Numbered from the stretch's first letter, positions 29,549 to 38,640 are shown. The stretch: 64,000 bases of DNA from a bacterium (GCA_021851895.1 JAJZQJ010000001.1:135338-199337), one strand, 5' to 3'. Made by a program: numbers and translations. The notes: generated by a model not told the origin, from the letters alone.

Positions 29549-30592
29549 TCAACCGAAATAGAAGAAGATGACGAGGAATGCGATGATGATCGAGAGCAAT
29601 ATACCTATCAGGACAGAAGTGAAGACAGACAATCCCTCTGCGGCATTCGTTGTCCTCCCTCTCTTCACCGCACCGATCTGTCTGCGCACATAGATACGCA
29701 AGAGGATGTATGAAACGAGAAGGAATGCACCAAATCCAAAGAACGTAGGCAAGATGATGTTCGTCGGCAGAACCCAGAATTCAACCTGTCTCGTGAGCGT
29801 CTCTGTCCCCTGCTCAGTCTCTATCGCCAAGGCGACAAGCGCAGTGAACTTACCGAAAACGATCTCATTTGGTGACCATGCAGCCTTCCACTCTCTTGTT
29901 GTCTTTGGGAAAACGCCAGCGCCAGTATCATTTACAGGGATACTCGCAACCTTACGTCCCATCATGTTCGTGATATCGATGAGGCCTATCGGACGCACGA
30001 GCGTGTTCCCCTCATTTTCGATAGCGACAGAGAAATCGACTGGTGGCTTCCCGTAAATTGAATGATCTGTCGAAAAGTGTCGAATATTCGCCTTTGTGAC
30101 AGAATCTCCCGTGACCTGGAAATGAATGATCGCGCCCACGTCGAAACCAACTGATGCGCCGAGAATATTTGTTTGGGTGATCGGCTTGTCACTAAAGAAG
30201 AAACCTGCGATATGTGAACCTGGAGATGCATCCTTAGGAATATCTGCCGTCACTATGAGTGATGCGGTCTTCCCCGGAGCGACGGTAATAGGAGAATCGT
30301 CAAACTTGAGCCAAAGTGAGAGATCGTGCGGTTCCCCTGATCCATCCTTCTCGAACAAAGGCTGGTTCTGCTCATTGACACCGGTGACATTACGAACAAC
30401 AGGATAGTAGACCTGCTGCGCCATGTCATTATTGGTGACTGACATCGTGAATGTCTTTGTCGTACCAGGATCGATCTTTTGCTCGACCTGCGCCGGTTTG
30501 ACTGCTACCGCGAAACTCGAAAGCGGTATGACGAGGAATGTAGCGATGAATAAGAGAAGACTATGGCGAAATTGGCGCATAAATTTTTGCAA
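29549..30592 (-). CDS. Secreted beta-sandwich surface protein with C-terminal TM anchor (DUF916/DUF3324-like architecture)
   Basis: Signal peptide, two Ig-like regions, C-terminal TM helix LSVFTSVLIGILLSIIIAFLVIFFYFG. Family assignment is tentative. Confidence 0.4.
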   Translation of the reverse strand: MQKFMRQFRHSLLLFIATFLVIPLSSFAVAVKPAQVEQKIDPGTTKTFTMSVTNNDMAQQVYYPVVRNVTGVNEQNQPLFEKDGSGEPHDLSLWLKFDDSPITVAPGKTASLIVTADIPKDASPGSHIAGFFFSDKPITQTNILGASVGFDVGAIIHFQVTGDSVTKANIRHFSTDHSIYGKPPVDFSVAIENEGNTLVRPIGLIDITNMMGRKVASIPVNDTGAGVFPKTTREWKAAWSPNEIVFGKFTALVALAIETEQGTETLTRQVEFWVLPTNIILPTFFGFGAFLLVSYILLRIYVRRQIGAVKRGRTTNAAEGLSVFTSVLIGILLSIIIAFLVIFFYFG

Positions 30593-30673
30593 ATGAGTTA
30601 CAATTAGCTTTGCTAGTATACCATACTGTGCGTCGCCGTATATCCACAGCAGACGAAAAGCACACTTGTATGT

Positions 30674-31663
30674 TTGTCACCGTCATCAAGCCCACTGCGA
30701 CGATATGTTATACTAGGTTTCTTGAAAAGCATCATATTGAAAACCCTCATCTCCTTGTTTTCACTCGCGATTTTTGCCGTACTCGGATATGCTGGATATC
30801 AGTATCAGCAGATCTCAAACGAACTTGCGCGCGTGAACGCGGAGAATGACTCCAATTCCAGACTTGGCGCAAAACAAACCGTGGAATATCAGGGCAACAT
30901 AAAACAACTCGAAGATAGCATCAAACAAAAAGATGCCTATATTACTTTCCTTGAGGGAGAGAATGCCGACCTTACGCGTTCACTTGCAGATGAGCGAGGA
31001 AAGACACAAGGCTTTGAAGAACAGGTTAGTATCATCGGAAAGACGATTGCGGAAATACAGAAGATCCAAAATACCGATGCTGAATTACTAAAAAAGTATT
31101 CGAAGGTCTATTTCCTGAACGAGAACTATAAACCTGCTGCACTTACCACAATCCCGAGTGATGAGCTCGTCGAGAAGAAACGGATCATCGAGATTCACGC
31201 AAAAGTCGCACCCTTTTTGAATGCAATGGTTGCCGCATCCAATGCAACAGGAACACCAATTCGGATCATCTCTGGATTCCGCTCCTACGAAGAGCAGCGC
31301 GCACTTAAGACAACGTATCAAGTCACCTATGGTGCTGGCGCAAATAAATTCTCCGCAGACCAGGGCTATTCTGAACACCAACTCGGCACCACAGTCGACC
31401 TCTCAACCGAGAAACTTGGGTTAGCGTACACACAATTTGCTGAAACGAAAGCGTATCAATGGATGCTCAATAACGCCTATCAGTATGGCTTCATCATCTC
31501 TTACCCGAAAGGAAATAAGAGCTATCAGTACGAACCATGGCATTGGCGATTCGTTGGCATCGCTTTGGCGACATATCTCCATGACAACAACATGTACTTC
31601 TATGACCTCGACCAGCGTACGATCGATACATACCTCGGCAAACTCTTCGATGATCACATATAA
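30674..31663 (+). CDS. D-alanyl-D-alanine carboxypeptidase, VanY/peptidase M15B family, membrane-anchored (start uncertain)
   Basis: SGFRSYEEQ, SEHQLGTTVDL and EPWHWRFVG zinc-peptidase motifs. N-terminal TM helix and coiled coil. An in-frame TTG/ATT start further downstream is possible. Confidence 0.75.
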   Translation: MSPSSSPLRRYVILGFLKSIILKTLISLFSLAIFAVLGYAGYQYQQISNELARVNAENDSNSRLGAKQTVEYQGNIKQLEDSIKQKDAYITFLEGENADLTRSLADERGKTQGFEEQVSIIGKTIAEIQKIQNTDAELLKKYSKVYFLNENYKPAALTTIPSDELVEKKRIIEIHAKVAPFLNAMVAASNATGTPIRIISGFRSYEEQRALKTTYQVTYGAGANKFSADQGYSEHQLGTTVDLSTEKLGLAYTQFAETKAYQWMLNNAYQYGFIISYPKGNKSYQYEPWHWRFVGIALATYLHDNNMYFYDLDQRTIDTYLGKLFDDHI

Positions 31664-31687
31664 AAACAGCCCCTGTGGCTGTTTTTC
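31663..31687. terminator. Bidirectional terminator
   Basis: AAAAACAGCCCCTGTGGCTGTTTTT. Confidence 0.7.
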
Positions 31688-32123
31688 ATGAACCGATTTC
31701 GTGATAGACGTCGAATGGGACCAAGGCGGGGTCGGATTCCAACTCCGGCGGTGCGACGTCCTGATCATCAACACTTCGCTCCTTTTGCATGATCGCTTCT
31801 TCGATCTCTGTCGCAAAGGCTTCACGCACGACAGGTATACGTGCAGAAAGTTCCATAGGACCCTCCGCAAAAGCATTCGTTTCGAGCGCGCCTGCCGTCG
31901 TACCCATAACGACAAGGAGGAATGCAAAGGTGAACGCAAAACGCTGTGCGGAACGAGAGAATAGTGAGAGGTATGGTGACGGCAATGCAGTGCGCTCGGC
32001 TGTACTCAAGATCCTTCCGAGAAGCAGCTCATCGGGAAGCACATCCATGTGACGAGCTTCAGAAAAATATGCATTGAGCAATTCATCAAGCTCCGACTCG
32101 CTGATTGTATTATGATTTTTCAT
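31686..32123 (-). CDS. Putative anti-sigma factor (single TM) paired with the ECF sigma factor
   Basis: Overlaps the sigma gene stop by 14 nt. Central hydrophobic helix FAFTFAFLLVVMGTTAGA. Typical position for an anti-sigma partner. Confidence 0.5.
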   Translation of the reverse strand: MKNHNTISESELDELLNAYFSEARHMDVLPDELLLGRILSTAERTALPSPYLSLFSRSAQRFAFTFAFLLVVMGTTAGALETNAFAEGPMELSARIPVVREAFATEIEEAIMQKERSVDDQDVAPPELESDPALVPFDVYHEIGS

Positions 32124-32655
32124 ATTTCTCCAAAATACCCCTTAGCTGCCGCTGACCGCGCGATTTTATCTGACGCACGGCCTCTTCAGACTTCCCTATC
32201 ACCCCCGCCACCTCACTGATGCTCATTTCCTTCATATAGATCAGCGTGATCACCGTCCGCTGCTCTTCACTGATCGAAAGGAGTGCATCGCTCACACGAG
32301 CACTCATCTCGCTGTCGAGTGTATACGTGTCCGCGCGTAGACCACCATCTACTTGCTCGATATCCTCGTAGTGCATGAAGAGATCCTTATGCTTACGATA
32401 GTGATCGATCAGTGTATTACGAGTGATCGTATAGAGATACGGCAATATGGTCTCATCGTTCCTCTTCAAAACGATACCCTTGTAAGCTTTCATAAAGACA
32501 TCTTGGATGATATCACTCACACTATCGGTATTACGCAAGCGCGCAAAGAGAAAACGATAAATCTGCGCATAATACATGCGATATATGTGCGCGAAATATT
32601 GCTCATCGCTTTTTCCTGCTCGTGGCTCCGGTTCGTCTTCCATCGTGAACTTCAC
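32110..32655 (-). CDS. ECF-type RNA polymerase sigma-70 factor
   Basis: Sigma region 2 (IIQDVFMKAYKG...YLYTITRNTLIDHYRK) and region 4 HTH (LIYMKEMSISEVAGVIGKSEEAVRQIKSRGQRQLR). Confidence 0.8.
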   Translation of the reverse strand: MKFTMEDEPEPRAGKSDEQYFAHIYRMYYAQIYRFLFARLRNTDSVSDIIQDVFMKAYKGIVLKRNDETILPYLYTITRNTLIDHYRKHKDLFMHYEDIEQVDGGLRADTYTLDSEMSARVSDALLSISEEQRTVITLIYMKEMSISEVAGVIGKSEEAVRQIKSRGQRQLRGILEKYEKS

Positions 32656-32747
32656 TCTGTTTCGCCGCCTACTTTTATATACGGATGATCACGTGGTTTG
32701 TGACACTGTCACAAAGCGTGTGCACGCACGTATGATTTGTTGCGGCC

Positions 32748-33299
32748 GTGAAATATTTATTCATTATGAACGAGCCGAAGAAAAACACAATGACAACTAA
32801 ACAAATCGGTACTGCGACGGTACTTATCGGAGTGCTTCTAAGCCCTATACTCGCGCTGGCACAGACTGCGGATTCCGCATCAACAACGCCAAATGGAGCT
32901 GGTTCAACCTCGTGGCAGCAGCGCCATGCTGACTTGCTTGCAAAGCAAGCAGCAAAAAAGGCTGCACGAGAGGCCATGAATGAAGCGAATCTCCAGTGTG
33001 TCCAGGCAGCGACCGATAAGCGCGAGGACGCGATTGCGAGCGACTGGTCAACTTATGAAACAGCAATAAGCGCTGCACTCTCGGCGCGCAAGAGCGCGCT
33101 CCATGACGCATGGGGTATCACTGACACAAAAACAAGAATCGCCGCACGTAACACCGCATGGAACACCTATCGCACTGCAGCGAAGTCTGCATCGAGTGCT
33201 TTGCGCTCTGCACGTCTTAGCGACTGGTCGGCATTTGCATCTGCTTCGAAGGCATGTAAGGTACCTGTCGTCGAAAAGAGCGCGAATGATGGCATCTAA
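32748..33299 (+). CDS. Secreted hypothetical protein (signal peptide, Ala/Ser-rich helical); divergent from the ECF sigma operon
   Basis: Signal peptide TATVLIGVLLSPILALAQT. Terminator at 33306-33336. Start may be the internal ATG (MTTKQ...). Confidence 0.4.
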   Translation: MKYLFIMNEPKKNTMTTKQIGTATVLIGVLLSPILALAQTADSASTTPNGAGSTSWQQRHADLLAKQAAKKAAREAMNEANLQCVQAATDKREDAIASDWSTYETAISAALSARKSALHDAWGITDTKTRIAARNTAWNTYRTAAKSASSALRSARLSDWSAFASASKACKVPVVEKSANDGI

Positions 33300-33305
33300 T
33301 ATGAC

Positions 33306-33336
33306 AAAAAGAATGTACGAAAGTACATTCTTTTTT
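33306..33336. terminator. Bidirectional terminator
   Basis: AAAAAGAATGTACGAAAGTACATTCTTTTTT. Confidence 0.7.
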
Positions 33337-34072
33337 ATTTCTCTTTCTTTGATGCTGCTTGCGTTTTTTCGAGCTGTCCCTTTCTCCACTCCTCGATGAG
33401 ACGATGGTTTCCCGTCTTCAAAACCGGAGGGACTTTATATTTCTTCTTTTTCCAAACGAGCACATCCGGTCGTGTATATACGTCAGGAGAAGCAACACGC
33501 TCCTCTTCAAGACTCGTAAAGTCCCCCAATACTCCTGGTATCTGTCGCGTCATCGCATCAATACAAATCATCGATGGCAACTCTCCTCCCGTAAGTACAT
33601 AAGGACCCACAGTCACGACTTCGGGGCGCAAGATCTTCTTCACGCGGGCGTCAATACCCTCATAACGGCCGCTAATGAATATGAATTCGTCGTACTTCTT
33701 CACCCATTCGCGTGCGAGCTCATTCGTGAACTGTTTTCCTTCAGGTGCAAAAAAGATGACCTTCGTCTTTGCTACCCGCTTACCCTTCGCTTTTTCTATC
33801 GCCTTGAGGTATGGCTCCGCCTGAAGTACCATCCCTGGCCCACCACCATACGGACGGAGATCGACCCGTGCAAACTTATCCTTCGTGAAAGTGCGCGGAT
33901 TTTGATAGTCTATTTTGATGAGCTTCTTCTCCTGAGCTCGCCCTATGATCGAGTCATTCAAATACCCCTGCATAGTTTCAGGGAAAAGTGAGATGATGTG
34001 GAAGCGCTTCGCAGTAATTTTCTTGCGTGCTGGTTTTTTTAGTGCCGGTAGAGCTGTAGACGATCTTTTCAT
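33335..34072 (-). CDS. trmD: tRNA (guanine37-N1)-methyltransferase TrmD
   Basis: RPYGGGPGMVL, SGRYEGIDARV and YVLTGGELPSM motifs. The N-terminal roughly 20 aa may be an over-extension (the real start may be at MKRFHIISLFPE). Confidence 0.85.
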   Translation of the reverse strand: MKRSSTALPALKKPARKKITAKRFHIISLFPETMQGYLNDSIIGRAQEKKLIKIDYQNPRTFTKDKFARVDLRPYGGGPGMVLQAEPYLKAIEKAKGKRVAKTKVIFFAPEGKQFTNELAREWVKKYDEFIFISGRYEGIDARVKKILRPEVVTVGPYVLTGGELPSMICIDAMTRQIPGVLGDFTSLEEERVASPDVYTRPDVLVWKKKKYKVPPVLKTGNHRLIEEWRKGQLEKTQAASKKEK

Positions 34073-34292
34073 CTTGACAGGATAGCAGAATGTAGGGCCG
34101 ATGGGAATAGTACGAGCGCATGAGTTCGGTAGCTGTAATGCCCATATTCATAGCCACAGGCTAAAGTACTCTGTCCACTGTTATCCTCATTACTAAGCAT
34201 TCATATACTTGCGTTATCGAGGTGATACCCTATAATTACTCCATAGCGTAACTTTTATCTACGCGATTAATTGCTAGCACATCAGAAATCAT

Positions 34293-34631
34293 ATGTCTGA
34301 AGCACATAACGATAAGGAGTTTCTCGAATTTATAGTCCAGTCGATCGTCACAAATCCCGCAGGAGTCAAGGTCACTCGCGTCGTGGATGAGATGGGTGTT
34401 CTCCTTACACTCGATGTCGATCCCGCAGATATGAGCCGTGTCATCGGTCGCATGGGTAATACCGCAAAGGCGATCCGTACGCTTCTCCGCGTCGTCGGAA
34501 TGAAGCACAATGCTCGCGTTAATCTCAAGATCAACGAACCAGCAGGTGGCCGACCAATGCAGTCAGCAGGCGCAAGCGCAGCGGATGCGGATGCGGTTGA
34601 TGATGTCATCAACGATTTGAAGGCGGAATAG
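34293..34631 (+). CDS. khpA: KH-domain RNA-binding protein KhpA (YlqC/UPF0109)
   Basis: VIGRMGNTAKAIRTLL KH motif; small, about 110 aa, with an acidic tail. Confidence 0.7.
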   Translation: MSEAHNDKEFLEFIVQSIVTNPAGVKVTRVVDEMGVLLTLDVDPADMSRVIGRMGNTAKAIRTLLRVVGMKHNARVNLKINEPAGGRPMQSAGASAADADAVDDVINDLKAE

Positions 34632-34632
34632 A

Positions 34633-34709
34633 AGTAATCAGCAAGCGGTAATCAGTAATCAGGTTAATACCTGCATTTCCTGTTTACTGTTTACTGATCA
34701 CTGTTTACT
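34633..34709. repeat. Heptamer-array imperfect inverted repeat in the khpA 3' UTR (3x GTAATCA ... 3x TGTTTAC)
   Basis: AGTAATCAGCAAGCGGTAATCAGTAATCAGG - 17 nt spacer - TGTTTACTGTTTACTGATCACTGTTTACT. Lies between the khpA stop (34631) and its terminator (34730-34751). Confidence 0.6.
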
Positions 34710-34729
34710 TTCAAAAACATACAATCATC

Positions 34730-34751
34730 AAACACCCGAGGGGTGTTTTTT
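34730..34751 (+). terminator. Rho-independent terminator for khpA
   Basis: AAACACCCGAGGGGTGTTTTTT. Confidence 0.7.
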
Positions 34752-34811
34752 GTTTTTGTAAATTTCTAAATGCGAATTACTAACATCTGCATTTTGTTAT
34801 ATAATGCAGGC

Positions 34812-35807
34812 ATGAGCCGCGAATCATTCACACACGAAACACAACATTTCGATCCTGAACACAAGGAAGCAAATCAGCAACCTGCATCGATCGAGGTCGC
34901 AGAGGAAGTATATATACAGAAAGAATCCTCTCCCCTAGCACCGAATTATGAATCGACGCGCTGTAAGCTCACGACGGACCTCGATGACTATATCGACTGC
35001 ATGCGCATCGAAGAGATCACAAAAGATAAAGCAGAAACAGAACGTGCGCGAATGAATAACCTCAAAAAAGAGGCAAGTCTCTCCCCTGAGGAACTTGAGG
35101 GTAGTAAGGAGGGCAAGAAAGTCGCTACGATGCTCGAAGAGATCACCGTCAATCTTGGTAATAGTCCCGCATGGATACCAAATGCACGCTTCATCAAAGC
35201 GTCTGAATATGACGACCTCTGTAAGGGAACCGATCTCATCATCGACATAAAGCAACCAAAAACAGGACGGCCGATCATCGTTGCCGTCGATGTCACCACG
35301 GGGCGCAATGAGGTCGGGAAGAAGTTGCGTTCGATCATCAGCCCAGGAGATATGATCTTCGAAAAACCATCATTGAAATATCATCCTGGTCTCAAATATA
35401 TGCATGAGCAGCGCCAAAAGGGCGAGGAAGTGAAACCCGTCGCTGTTGCAAAGCTCGTGCTTGGTGCATCAAGTGAAGTGGTCAAAGAGACATACACGGC
35501 AATGCGTGCGGCTGCGAATGCGAATGATCGACTCGCAGCACGAAATATGAATCGTCTGAAATATGTCATCCTTGAGGGAGGACTCGTGCAAGCTCGTGGT
35601 CTACGAGACCACGCACTCTCCATCAACCAAGGACAAACTGCGAAGATATATGACCATATCGCGCAAGTCTTCCAGAAAGCGCTTGAAGTACACGATCATA
35701 TCTTTGGAGCATTCCCCGCAGAGTACGCAGAAAAAGGCGATGCGGTGCTCGACGAGATAAGGACGATCGAGTCGAGTCGATATACTCCAGTAAAAAGAAC
35801 GGCATAG
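34812..35807 (+). CDS. Hypothetical protein (no recognisable family; possible PD-(D/E)xK-like DLIIDIK motif)
   Basis: ORF 34770..35807; the ATG at 34812 (MSRESF...) is preferred because a TATAAT box lies just upstream. Bidirectional terminator at 35808-35834. Confidence 0.4.
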   Translation: MSRESFTHETQHFDPEHKEANQQPASIEVAEEVYIQKESSPLAPNYESTRCKLTTDLDDYIDCMRIEEITKDKAETERARMNNLKKEASLSPEELEGSKEGKKVATMLEEITVNLGNSPAWIPNARFIKASEYDDLCKGTDLIIDIKQPKTGRPIIVAVDVTTGRNEVGKKLRSIISPGDMIFEKPSLKYHPGLKYMHEQRQKGEEVKPVAVAKLVLGASSEVVKETYTAMRAAANANDRLAARNMNRLKYVILEGGLVQARGLRDHALSINQGQTAKIYDHIAQVFQKALEVHDHIFGAFPAEYAEKGDAVLDEIRTIESSRYTPVKRTA

Positions 35808-35834
35808 AAAAAGAGAGGCTCAGCCTCTCTTTTG
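35808..35834. terminator. Bidirectional terminator
   Basis: AAAAAGAGAGGCTCAGCCTCTCTTTT. Confidence 0.7.
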
Positions 35835-35850
35835 ATTTTCCTTTTGAGTT

Positions 35851-36264
35851 CTAGGAAAGGAACTCCCGCAGACCTTCGAACATCGCGTGCGCAGCGTAGG
35901 TGGCATCACCATCGTACAGCGGGAGGATGTAATCCTCCTTCGCCACCGCACCAAGGAGCCCACGAAGTCCATTTCCTCGAACTGCGATCGCGCCCAAGAC
36001 AGGACCATGAAAACCTGACGGCGTACCATTAGGAAAACAATTATGGAGAAAACATTTCCCCACGAAGTTCTCCGTGACACCGAGAAATTCTATCTCTGCA
36101 TGCTCTGCGAAGTGAAGCCTCAGCTTCTCCGTTTCATCATGCGCGAGCGCGAGCGCTGACAACATGATGATCGCCTTTTCCTTGTAACGAAGTCTTCCTC
36201 TGGAAAACTCCATGATATTCGATGCGGGAGATATCTCTCCACTGGTGGGAATTTTCCCTTCCAT
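35851..36264 (-). CDS. Hypothetical protein
   Basis: 137-aa ORF ending at the bidirectional terminator; no family recognised. Confidence 0.35.
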   Translation of the reverse strand: MEGKIPTSGEISPASNIMEFSRGRLRYKEKAIIMLSALALAHDETEKLRLHFAEHAEIEFLGVTENFVGKCFLHNCFPNGTPSGFHGPVLGAIAVRGNGLRGLLGAVAKEDYILPLYDGDATYAAHAMFEGLREFLS

Positions 36265-36351
36265 CGGACGTCCTTAAAAGTAAAAGTGCATGATTGAAAA
36301 GTGCTGCGTCTCTTTTTAAGCGACTCTCAATATACCATATTATATCAAAAA

Positions 36352-36419
36352 GTCAAGTCATGGGTCATGTGTATTGAATTCAAAGCCACTCACCTGTTAA
36401 TTCAGTCATGAGTCATGAG
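36352..36419. repeat. Relic of a GTCATG(A/G)-heptamer element (two arms in direct orientation, 30-bp spacer, no enclosed gene)
   Basis: AGTCAAGTCATGGGTCATGTG ... 30 nt ... CAGTCATGAGTCATGAG; the same heptamer as the IRs flanking the four-helix-bundle cassette at 4179/4584. Confidence 0.5.
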
Positions 36420-36462
36420 AATTAAATTCGAGGATTCCTACCCAAGATATATGAAACCGCTC

Positions 36463-36548
36463 GGATTTTCGCGTGCGGTTGCCTCGCTGGAGCCCGACGA
36501 CGTACAAGGGTACGGCGAGGGCGAAGCGTGAGGCAACCCCGCGCGAAA
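36463..36548. repeat. Long imperfect hairpin / inverted repeat (about 20-bp arms around a roughly 45-nt GC-rich core); possible structured RNA or element boundary
   Basis: TTTCGCGTGCGGTTGCCTCGC ... GCGTGAGGCAACCCCGCGCGAAA with an internal CGTAC-AAGG-GTACG sub-hairpin. Noncoding, downstream of the rpsP terminator. Confidence 0.45.
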
Positions 36549-36588
36549 AGACAGCGGCCGTGATTCTCACCACGACACCCAGAAAAAG

Positions 36589-36624
36589 GAGGTCAAAAAA
36601 AATAAAACGCCGATAGGCGTTTTA
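36589..36624 (-). terminator. Rho-independent terminator of rpsP
   Basis: Minus strand: AACGCCTATCGGCGTT followed by TTATTTTTTTTG immediately after the rpsP stop. Confidence 0.75.
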
Positions 36625-36921
36625 TTCCTTAACCTCCTTTTTCTGAGGAGTTTTTTTGTTGAGCGCATTGACCTTCTTCCCCTCGACGATCTTGAGATCT
36701 GCGAAGATATTGAATACGGTCTCAGATGGCTGTGCACCCTGGCTAAGCCAGTACTTTGCACGCTCTGCGTTTACCTGCGGCTTGCCCTTGCGAGCGTCGT
36801 AGGAACCGAGGTATTCAACGATACCCTGCGTCTTCTTAGGCGAGCGGCGGCTTTCCTGCACGATGACGCGGAAAGATGGGTCATTCTTACGACCAACACG
36901 CTTTAAACGGATTGCTAACAT
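36622..36921 (-). CDS. rpsP: 30S ribosomal protein S16
   Basis: MLAIRLKRVGRKNDPSFRVIV...GIVEYLGSYD...AKYWLSQGAQPSETV. The longer predicted ORF (to 37089) is an upstream over-extension. Confidence 0.85.
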   Translation of the reverse strand: MLAIRLKRVGRKNDPSFRVIVQESRRSPKKTQGIVEYLGSYDARKGKPQVNAERAKYWLSQGAQPSETVFNIFADLKIVEGKKVNALNKKTPQKKEVKE

Positions 36922-36977
36922 GGGTCTCAGTTTAACAGAAAACATGAAATCGTCAAGCAGTAAAAGGCTCTTCTGGT

Positions 36978-37016
36978 CAAGGGAAATCAAAACGCAACCC
37001 AAATATGAGGGTTGCG
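36978..37016 (-). terminator. Rho-independent terminator ending the island operon
   Basis: Minus strand: CGCAACCCTCATATTTGGGTTGCG followed by TTTTGATTT. Confidence 0.65.
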
Positions 37017-37028
37017 GGTGAAAAAGTC

Positions 37029-37310
37029 CTACGAATCGCAGGTGCAGCGCAGCGGGAGGCCATTGAGATGCGCCCAGGGGTCTCCGCACGAAGAGGCGGG
37101 AATGATCGGCTCCTCAGCCTCAGCAACCTCAGGATTCTGGGTGTCGTCGGCAAGGACGAGCGGATCAACGAGCGGGCCCTTGCTGAGACCACAGCCCTTG
37201 CACTCATCGACGAGATCGGCACGGTCAACACCGTCCCACGCTTCAGGATTGGACGGAAGCTGGAGAGGCCTCCGCACGGAACCGACACGCTCAGTATTGC
37301 TACACATCAT
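37029..37310 (-). CDS. Hypothetical acidic 93-aa protein (island gene A)
   Basis: GGAGGAATG-ATG strong SD. MMCSNTERVGSVRRPLQLPSNPEAWDG...ECKGCGL...CGDPWAHLNGLPLRCTCDS. Chosen over the overlapping shadow ORF 36977..37288. Confidence 0.45.
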   Translation of the reverse strand: MMCSNTERVGSVRRPLQLPSNPEAWDGVDRADLVDECKGCGLSKGPLVDPLVLADDTQNPEVAEAEEPIIPASSCGDPWAHLNGLPLRCTCDS

Positions 37311-37444
37311 TCCTCCAGAAAAGGGAGTTTTAGGAGAGAGAACACGCTTTTTTCATCATATGCCTCTCTCTAAACCTGTCAACATTACACGAAATGAAAA
37401 ACCGCGTCCACAAGGTGGACGCGGGAATTGAAGGCGTTGCACGC

Positions 37445-37594
37445 TACTGCTTGAAGAGGTTACTGATGATCTCCTTGGCGGTCCCTCCGCTGATGTTCTT
37501 GGGAGTCGGGAGCTTGGCGAGCTCAGGAGCGAGCACACCATGCTTCTTTTCATGATCACCCGGCTTCTGGGTGTAGGACACGGAACGGTCCATA
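37445..37594 (-). CDS. Small 49-aa protein (island gene B), absent from the ORF track because under 60 aa
   Basis: Minus-strand ORF MDRSVSYTQKPGDHEKKHGVLAPELAKLPTPKNISGGTAKEIISNLFKQ preceded by AAGGAGG 5 nt upstream of the ATG. Begins about 20 nt after the gene C stop. Confidence 0.4.
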
Positions 37595-37614
37595 GGACCT
37601 CCTTGTGGAAATGC

Positions 37615-38505
37615 TCAGTGCTGAAAGAACAGCAGAGCAGCGTGATTGAAACAGTCGAGAAGACCTTGCCTGGTCTCTAGGTCCTCACCGAAGTAAGCAC
37701 CGTCGAGCTCAGCGAAGTAATCTTCCTTGCGACGCGCTTCGAGCACTTCCTCTTGCTGCAGATCCTCGAGTCCCTTGAAGGAGCTCGAATTCTGGATCAT
37801 ACGCGACGAGGCGACGAACTTGGCCGAGGACGCAACGAGCGACGGGAAGTTCCGCATGAGAAGCTCAGCACGCTTCGTGGGATGCAGCCTCACGCACTCC
37901 TCGGGATAGAACCCATCGAAGTAGCGCAGGTCCTGCTGGATCCAGAACTCGCGATCGTTCTCTTCCTCGCGAGCGAGGATCTGGCCGATGCGCTCACGAT
38001 CGCGACGCGACTTCAGGAAGGGCTTCTTGCGCTTTTCGTTCGCGAGTGAGCGGCGATAGCGCAACATCGCGCCCTCGTTCTCACACACCCTGCCCCACCG
38101 CACGATCTGCTCATGCCGCGACGTACGCGTGCGCTTGTTCACGCGCACACGAGGCTCGGGCACATCATCGAAAGCGACTGCGCCGTCCGCGATGAAGTTG
38201 CCGGAGAAGTCGTAACGCTTGTAGGAGTCATCCCCCCACTGCACGCAACACTCCGACCTCCCGGTCCTGCACCAGAAACACATGCAGGGGTAATCCTCGA
38301 TGTCATCGAAGGGATCGGGGTCTTCCCGGCGATCGAAGTCGGGAAACTCATCCAGCTCGCCGAGATCAGGCATCGGGAGAATGCACTCGCACTCTTCCGG
38401 CCGACCGATCTTGTGCCAGTAGCAGTGGCACTCTTCTTCCTTGATGTTCTCCGCGGCGATGTGCTGCAGAGCGGAACCAGTGATGAGCTTCGGAAAACCA
38501 GACAT
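37615..38505 (-). CDS. Cys-rich 296-aa protein with two C-x-C...C-x-C clusters and a basic region (island gene C); function unknown
   Basis: CHCYWHKIGRPEECEC and CMCFWCRTGRSECC clusters; Arg/Lys-rich segment KRTRTSRHEQ...KRKKPFLKSRRDRER. AGGAG SD; driven by consensus promoter 38561-38588. Confidence 0.5.
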   Translation of the reverse strand: MSGFPKLITGSALQHIAAENIKEEECHCYWHKIGRPEECECILPMPDLGELDEFPDFDRREDPDPFDDIEDYPCMCFWCRTGRSECCVQWGDDSYKRYDFSGNFIADGAVAFDDVPEPRVRVNKRTRTSRHEQIVRWGRVCENEGAMLRYRRSLANEKRKKPFLKSRRDRERIGQILAREEENDREFWIQQDLRYFDGFYPEECVRLHPTKRAELLMRNFPSLVASSAKFVASSRMIQNSSSFKGLEDLQQEEVLEARRKEDYFAELDGAYFGEDLETRQGLLDCFNHAALLFFQH

Positions 38506-38560
38506 GGATGCTCCTAGAAAGGAGGTTATTGGGGATGGAAAGGATCAAAAGTTCGTTGTA

Positions 38561-38588
38561 ATTATACCATAAAATATGTATATGTCAA
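38561..38588 (-). promoter_or_regulatory. Near-consensus sigma-70 promoter (TTGACA-N16-TATAAT) for island genes C-B-A
   Basis: Minus-strand TTGACATATACATATTTTATGGTATAAT read directly. Confidence 0.6.
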
Positions 38589-38620
38589 TGAAATACCGCA
38601 CTACTCGGGGAGTAGTGCGG
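38586..38620 (-). terminator. Rho-independent terminator after island gene D
   Basis: Minus strand: CCGCACTACTCCCCGAGTAGTGCGG (11-bp perfect stem) followed by TATTTCATT. Confidence 0.6.
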
Positions 38621-38640
38621 TAGAGGTTGACGAGGAACTG

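Noticed and set aside
36265-36620. SRP RNA, RNase P RNA, 6S or tmRNA in the noncoding stretch
   Set aside because: None of the conserved motifs (SRP domain IV GGAAGCAGCC-like, RNase P P4 or GGAAAGUCCGG, tmRNA tag region) could be found by eye. Left as an unclassified structured region.
36567-37089. Long predicted forms of the rpsP-region ORFs (36622..37089 and 36567..36761)
   Set aside because: S16 begins at MLAIRLKRVG (ATG 36921). The upstream extension has no homology. 36567..36761 is an overlapping alternative frame.
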